DNA of 64,000 nt from Acidobacteriota bacterium (GTDB taxonomy: Bacteria; Acidobacteriota; UBA6911; RPQK01; JADFOI01), in the NCBI GenBank assembly GCA_963663035.1, contig OY760074.1, positions 3,200,001 to 3,264,000 of the forward strand. Reading direction: 5' to 3'. Shown here piece after piece: positions 61,452 through 64,000 of the stretch. The notes beneath the pieces were generated by a model. The model was not told the DNA's origin, made no database searches, and saw only the letters and a list, made by a program, of their open reading frames with translations. A program made the translations under genes and the position numbers. Within the stretch, counting starts at the first letter, position 1. Each line of letters starts with the position of its first letter.

Positions 61452-61580
61452 TTAATCGGGGCTAATGCCACAGGACCGGAGGAAAGCCCTGTCTTCTTCG
61501 GTTAACTTCCATCCTGCCGGGGTCTTCTTCTTCTCTTCAGCTGCTTTGGTACGGCTGTTTTTCCTCGGTTTCTCGTGCAT
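61452..61580 (-). CDS. Putative 42-aa small protein
   Basis: Hand translation: MHEKPRKNSRTKAAEEKKKTPAGWKLTEEDRAFLRSCGISPD. It is below the ORF-track length cut-off. Confidence 0.45.
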   Translation of the reverse strand: MHEKPRKNSRTKAAEEKKKTPAGWKLTEEDRAFLRSCGISPD

Positions 61581-61680
61581 AGGACACCCTTATCGGATTT
61601 TTCTCACTCTTCTCATGTTCTATGATGCCAGGAGCCTCTGAAAGTTTTTGAAATTCGGGGAATTGAAGGCTCACTGTTAG

Positions 61681-61936
61681 CCCGGATTATGCATAAATTC
61701 TCTACTGCAGCGACGCAATCATCCGCCCTGACTGCGTTGCGCGACCCGCAAGCGGGTACCCCTCAGCTCCTCAACGTACTCAAGAGTACGTTTGCGGCGG
61801 TCGACCCGCAAGCGGGTACCCCTCGCGCGCCAGTCGGAGCCGCAGGCTTTAACCTGCGGGCCCGTGGGCTAAAGCCCACGGCTCTGTTTTCCGGCGCTTC
61901 CGTTGCTTCGTGACAAGAACCTATGCATAAACCGGG
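61681..61936. mobile_element. MITE family A, copy 6 (long form)
   Basis: The left 21 nt match the IS1380 left end at 20/21; right TIR TATGCATAAACCGGG; TTAG/CTAG flanks. Confidence 0.9.
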
Positions 61937-62386
61937 CTAGGGGGAGAAGGCTTCGAGGAGGAACCTGCAAGCCTCACCATAAATGCCCGGACTGCCGCTC
62001 TCTCTTGGCCCTGCAACGTTCAGAGTTCGGATTCGGTGCTGCCTGATCCAGTCAAGAAGTTTCTGGGATGGGGAGGTGGACAGGTCGATGACCAGACAGG
62101 GCTTGTTGTTTTCCTTGGTAAGCTCTACCGTTAAGGCAGTACCCCCTGAGAGAGAGCCTCTGTGCAAGACCAGCGTTCCATCCGAGTCTCGAACGTTCCA
62201 TTCAGTTCGCTGGGCATAGGCTTTCGAGGGTGTCTCTTTGAGTGGATAGATTTCCTGGAGTGGTCCATCCTCGGCAAGCCGGCCACTGGGACACCATCCA
62301 CCGCAAGGGAATCCTAGCTCCAGTGCCACGTCCAGAGCAGCTCTGTCCACTCCTGTCTGCCCTCCTGAGAACACTCTCTGAATCAT
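61937..62386 (-). CDS. Putative molybdenum carrier / cpYpsA SLOG-family protein
   Basis: SGGQTGVDRAALD, GGWCP.GR.AEDG, RTEWNVRDSDGT, LNVAGPRES. Confidence 0.9.
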   Translation of the reverse strand: MIQRVFSGGQTGVDRAALDVALELGFPCGGWCPSGRLAEDGPLQEIYPLKETPSKAYAQRTEWNVRDSDGTLVLHRGSLSGGTALTVELTKENNKPCLVIDLSTSPSQKLLDWIRQHRIRTLNVAGPRESGSPGIYGEACRFLLEAFSP

Positions 62387-62979
62387 TCTTTGCTGGCAAT
62401 CGATTGCAATGAAAAGGGTATGACCGGGATTGTTCCACCTTTTAACAGAGCTGAAATTTCCTTCTGGAAGCCAGCGACGGTCTTCTCTTGAAAGCCTTGG
62501 GAAACATGAGCAGAATCGGTGAGATAGAGTTGTCTGTCATAGACAAGTTGTGCTTGAACAGCTTTTCCTTTAAGGGCCTGTGCAATGAGAAGGCAACTGG
62601 CTTGCTCAGCGTATGATCGGAGGATCCTGCTTCCCTGGGGGCTGAGCTCGCCTATGAGGTAAATTCCCTGTAACAAGCTTGAGACTTCTTCGAAAAGGCT
62701 CGAGAGAAGGTTTTGTGTCTCCGACCATACCGACTGGGAAGTCAGCTGTCGGGCAACTTGCATGTAAAGGGTTCTAGCCCCCTCAGCTACCGTGGAGGCG
62801 AGGACGAGATCTTGACCGGCAGATTTCTCCCCAGCTTCCAGCAAACGCTGTTCCGTTTTTCCCATTCCTGCAACCAGAACAAGGAGTTGCTCTTGCGAGG
62901 AGTTCAGCACAGATTCCACCGCTTGAGAAACTCCCGCTATATCTGGCAGAACGGAACTTTCAAATTTCAGGATCGTCAC
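62383..62979 (-). CDS. Degenerate, truncated aspartokinase-like protein
   Basis: Collinear by eye with the aspartokinase N-terminal region: ILKFESSV, LVLVAGMG, LLQGIYLIGELSP, SYAEQAS, IPVI. Confidence 0.65.
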   Translation of the reverse strand: MTILKFESSVLPDIAGVSQAVESVLNSSQEQLLVLVAGMGKTEQRLLEAGEKSAGQDLVLASTVAEGARTLYMQVARQLTSQSVWSETQNLLSSLFEEVSSLLQGIYLIGELSPQGSRILRSYAEQASCLLIAQALKGKAVQAQLVYDRQLYLTDSAHVSQGFQEKTVAGFQKEISALLKGGTIPVIPFSLQSIASKE

Positions 62980-63051
62980 TTTGCCCTTCCCAAAATTCGA
63001 TCATGTCACAATTTGAAATTTGTTTCGAGTTTCCAGTTTGTGATCCTGGAC

Positions 63052-63819
63052 TTATCGCGGACCCATTCGCAAGGCCCCGTCCAGACGAATCGTCTCGCCA
63101 TTGAGAGTAACGTTTTCTACAATGTGTTGGACCAGTGCAGCAAACTCGTCGGGCCGGCCCAAACGAGGGGGGAAGGGAACTTGCTCCCCAAGTGAGAGCC
63201 GTGCAGGTTCAGGGAGTCCGGCCAAAAGAGGAGTATCAAAAATGCCGGGGGCGATGCTAACGACCCGGATGCCAGGGCGGGCAAGCTCCCGAGCAGCCGG
63301 CAGGGTCAATGCCACGATCCCACCCTTGGAGGCCGCGTAGGCCGCCTGACCGATTTGTCCTTCAAAAGCAGCGACTGAGGCCGTGTTGACGATGATCCCT
63401 CGTTCTCCCTCTTCATTCGGCTGATTTTGAGCCATGGCTGCAGCGGCCAGCCGCAGAGTGTTGAAGGTGCCGATAAGATTGACTTGAATGACACGGGTGA
63501 AGTGCTCCAGGTCGTGTGGTCTTTCCTTACCCAGGATCTTCTCGGCAATGGCTATACCGGCGCAGTTGACCAAGAGGTGAATGCCTCCGTGCTGCTTGAC
63601 GGCAAGTTCGACCGCCCCTTTGACCGATGTCTCCTGGGTAACATCGGTCTCGACAAAGAGTGCCCCCTCACCGAGTTCGTGTTCCAAGGTCTTACCCGCC
63701 TCCTGGTTCAAGTCGGCGATGAGTACTTTTGCGCCTAAGGAGTGAAGCATTCGCACAGTAGCCAAGCCCAATCCCGAGGCTCCCCCTGTAACCATTGCGC
63801 TTTTCCCTTTGATGAACAT
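63052..63819 (-). CDS. SDR-family 3-hydroxyacyl-CoA dehydrogenase (HSD17B10-like)
   Basis: [51 protein letters not shown]. Confidence 0.93.
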   Translation of the reverse strand: MFIKGKSAMVTGGASGLGLATVRMLHSLGAKVLIADLNQEAGKTLEHELGEGALFVETDVTQETSVKGAVELAVKQHGGIHLLVNCAGIAIAEKILGKERPHDLEHFTRVIQVNLIGTFNTLRLAAAAMAQNQPNEEGERGIIVNTASVAAFEGQIGQAAYAASKGGIVALTLPAARELARPGIRVVSIAPGIFDTPLLAGLPEPARLSLGEQVPFPPRLGRPDEFAALVQHIVENVTLNGETIRLDGALRMGPR

Positions 63820-63934
63820 AGCAAGTGTTATAAGGGTGTCAGGGGAGAAATTCAATACCGAAAGGTAACGCACGAGTTCGGAACCTGAGGTGCCTCCCAC
63901 GCACAAATGCACGAATTACGGTACTATGGGCCTC

Positions 63935-64000
63935 ATGCCTACCATTGATACTCAGCGGCTGAAGCGCTTGCCGCCCTATCTGCTTGGGGTTCTCAATGAC
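63935..64000 (+). CDS. Start of a probable class I/II PLP aminotransferase (runs off the window)
   Basis: MPTIDTQRLKRLPPYLLGVLND; RLxRLPPY is typical of AlaC/DapL-like N-termini. Only 22 codons are visible. Confidence 0.55.
   Translation, partial: MPTIDTQRLKRLPPYLLGVLND

Noticed and set aside
63820-63934. TACC-GAAA-GGTA tetraloop hairpin as a possible ncRNA or tRNA
   Set aside because: A single short hairpin in a divergent promoter region, with no cloverleaf or riboswitch consensus.

Overview
A 64-kb gene-dense bacterial chromosomal segment with no rRNA, tRNA or CRISPR array that I can support. Gene style and content suggest an Acidobacteriota-like organism; this is inference only. From left to right it contains: (1) a catabolic/uptake block of a UbiD-family decarboxylase cut by the window edge, a nitrilase-family hydrolase, a Zn alcohol dehydrogenase, a TAXI-TRAP transporter, DUF5916 and an outer-membrane channel; (2) a complete IS1380-family element; (3) an imuA-imuB-dnaE2 mutagenesis cassette with a clear promoter and a direct-repeat LexA-like box; (4) mostly housekeeping genes: efp, ETF-QO, frameshifted cstA, bactofilin, queC, rnc, thiL, nrdR, tlyA-ispA-xseB-xseA, accD-folC, an acyl-CoA carboxylase operon interrupted by an amber-split amidohydrolase, tal, hslUV, ligA, a GHMP kinase, PP2C and an SDR. 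The most unusual content is non-coding. Nine miniature inverted-repeat elements fall into three terminal-repeat families. One family (six copies) has ends matching or related to the IS1380 ends, one element is nested in another with an intact 5-bp target duplication, and most copies abut TAG stop codons. The three families share an internal hairpin core with conserved unpaired motifs. There are also REP-like hairpins and a family of CTGAC-NN heptamer tandem arrays, including a 27-unit array facing a complementary 12-unit array. All product calls come from motif recognition by eye; no database searches were run.
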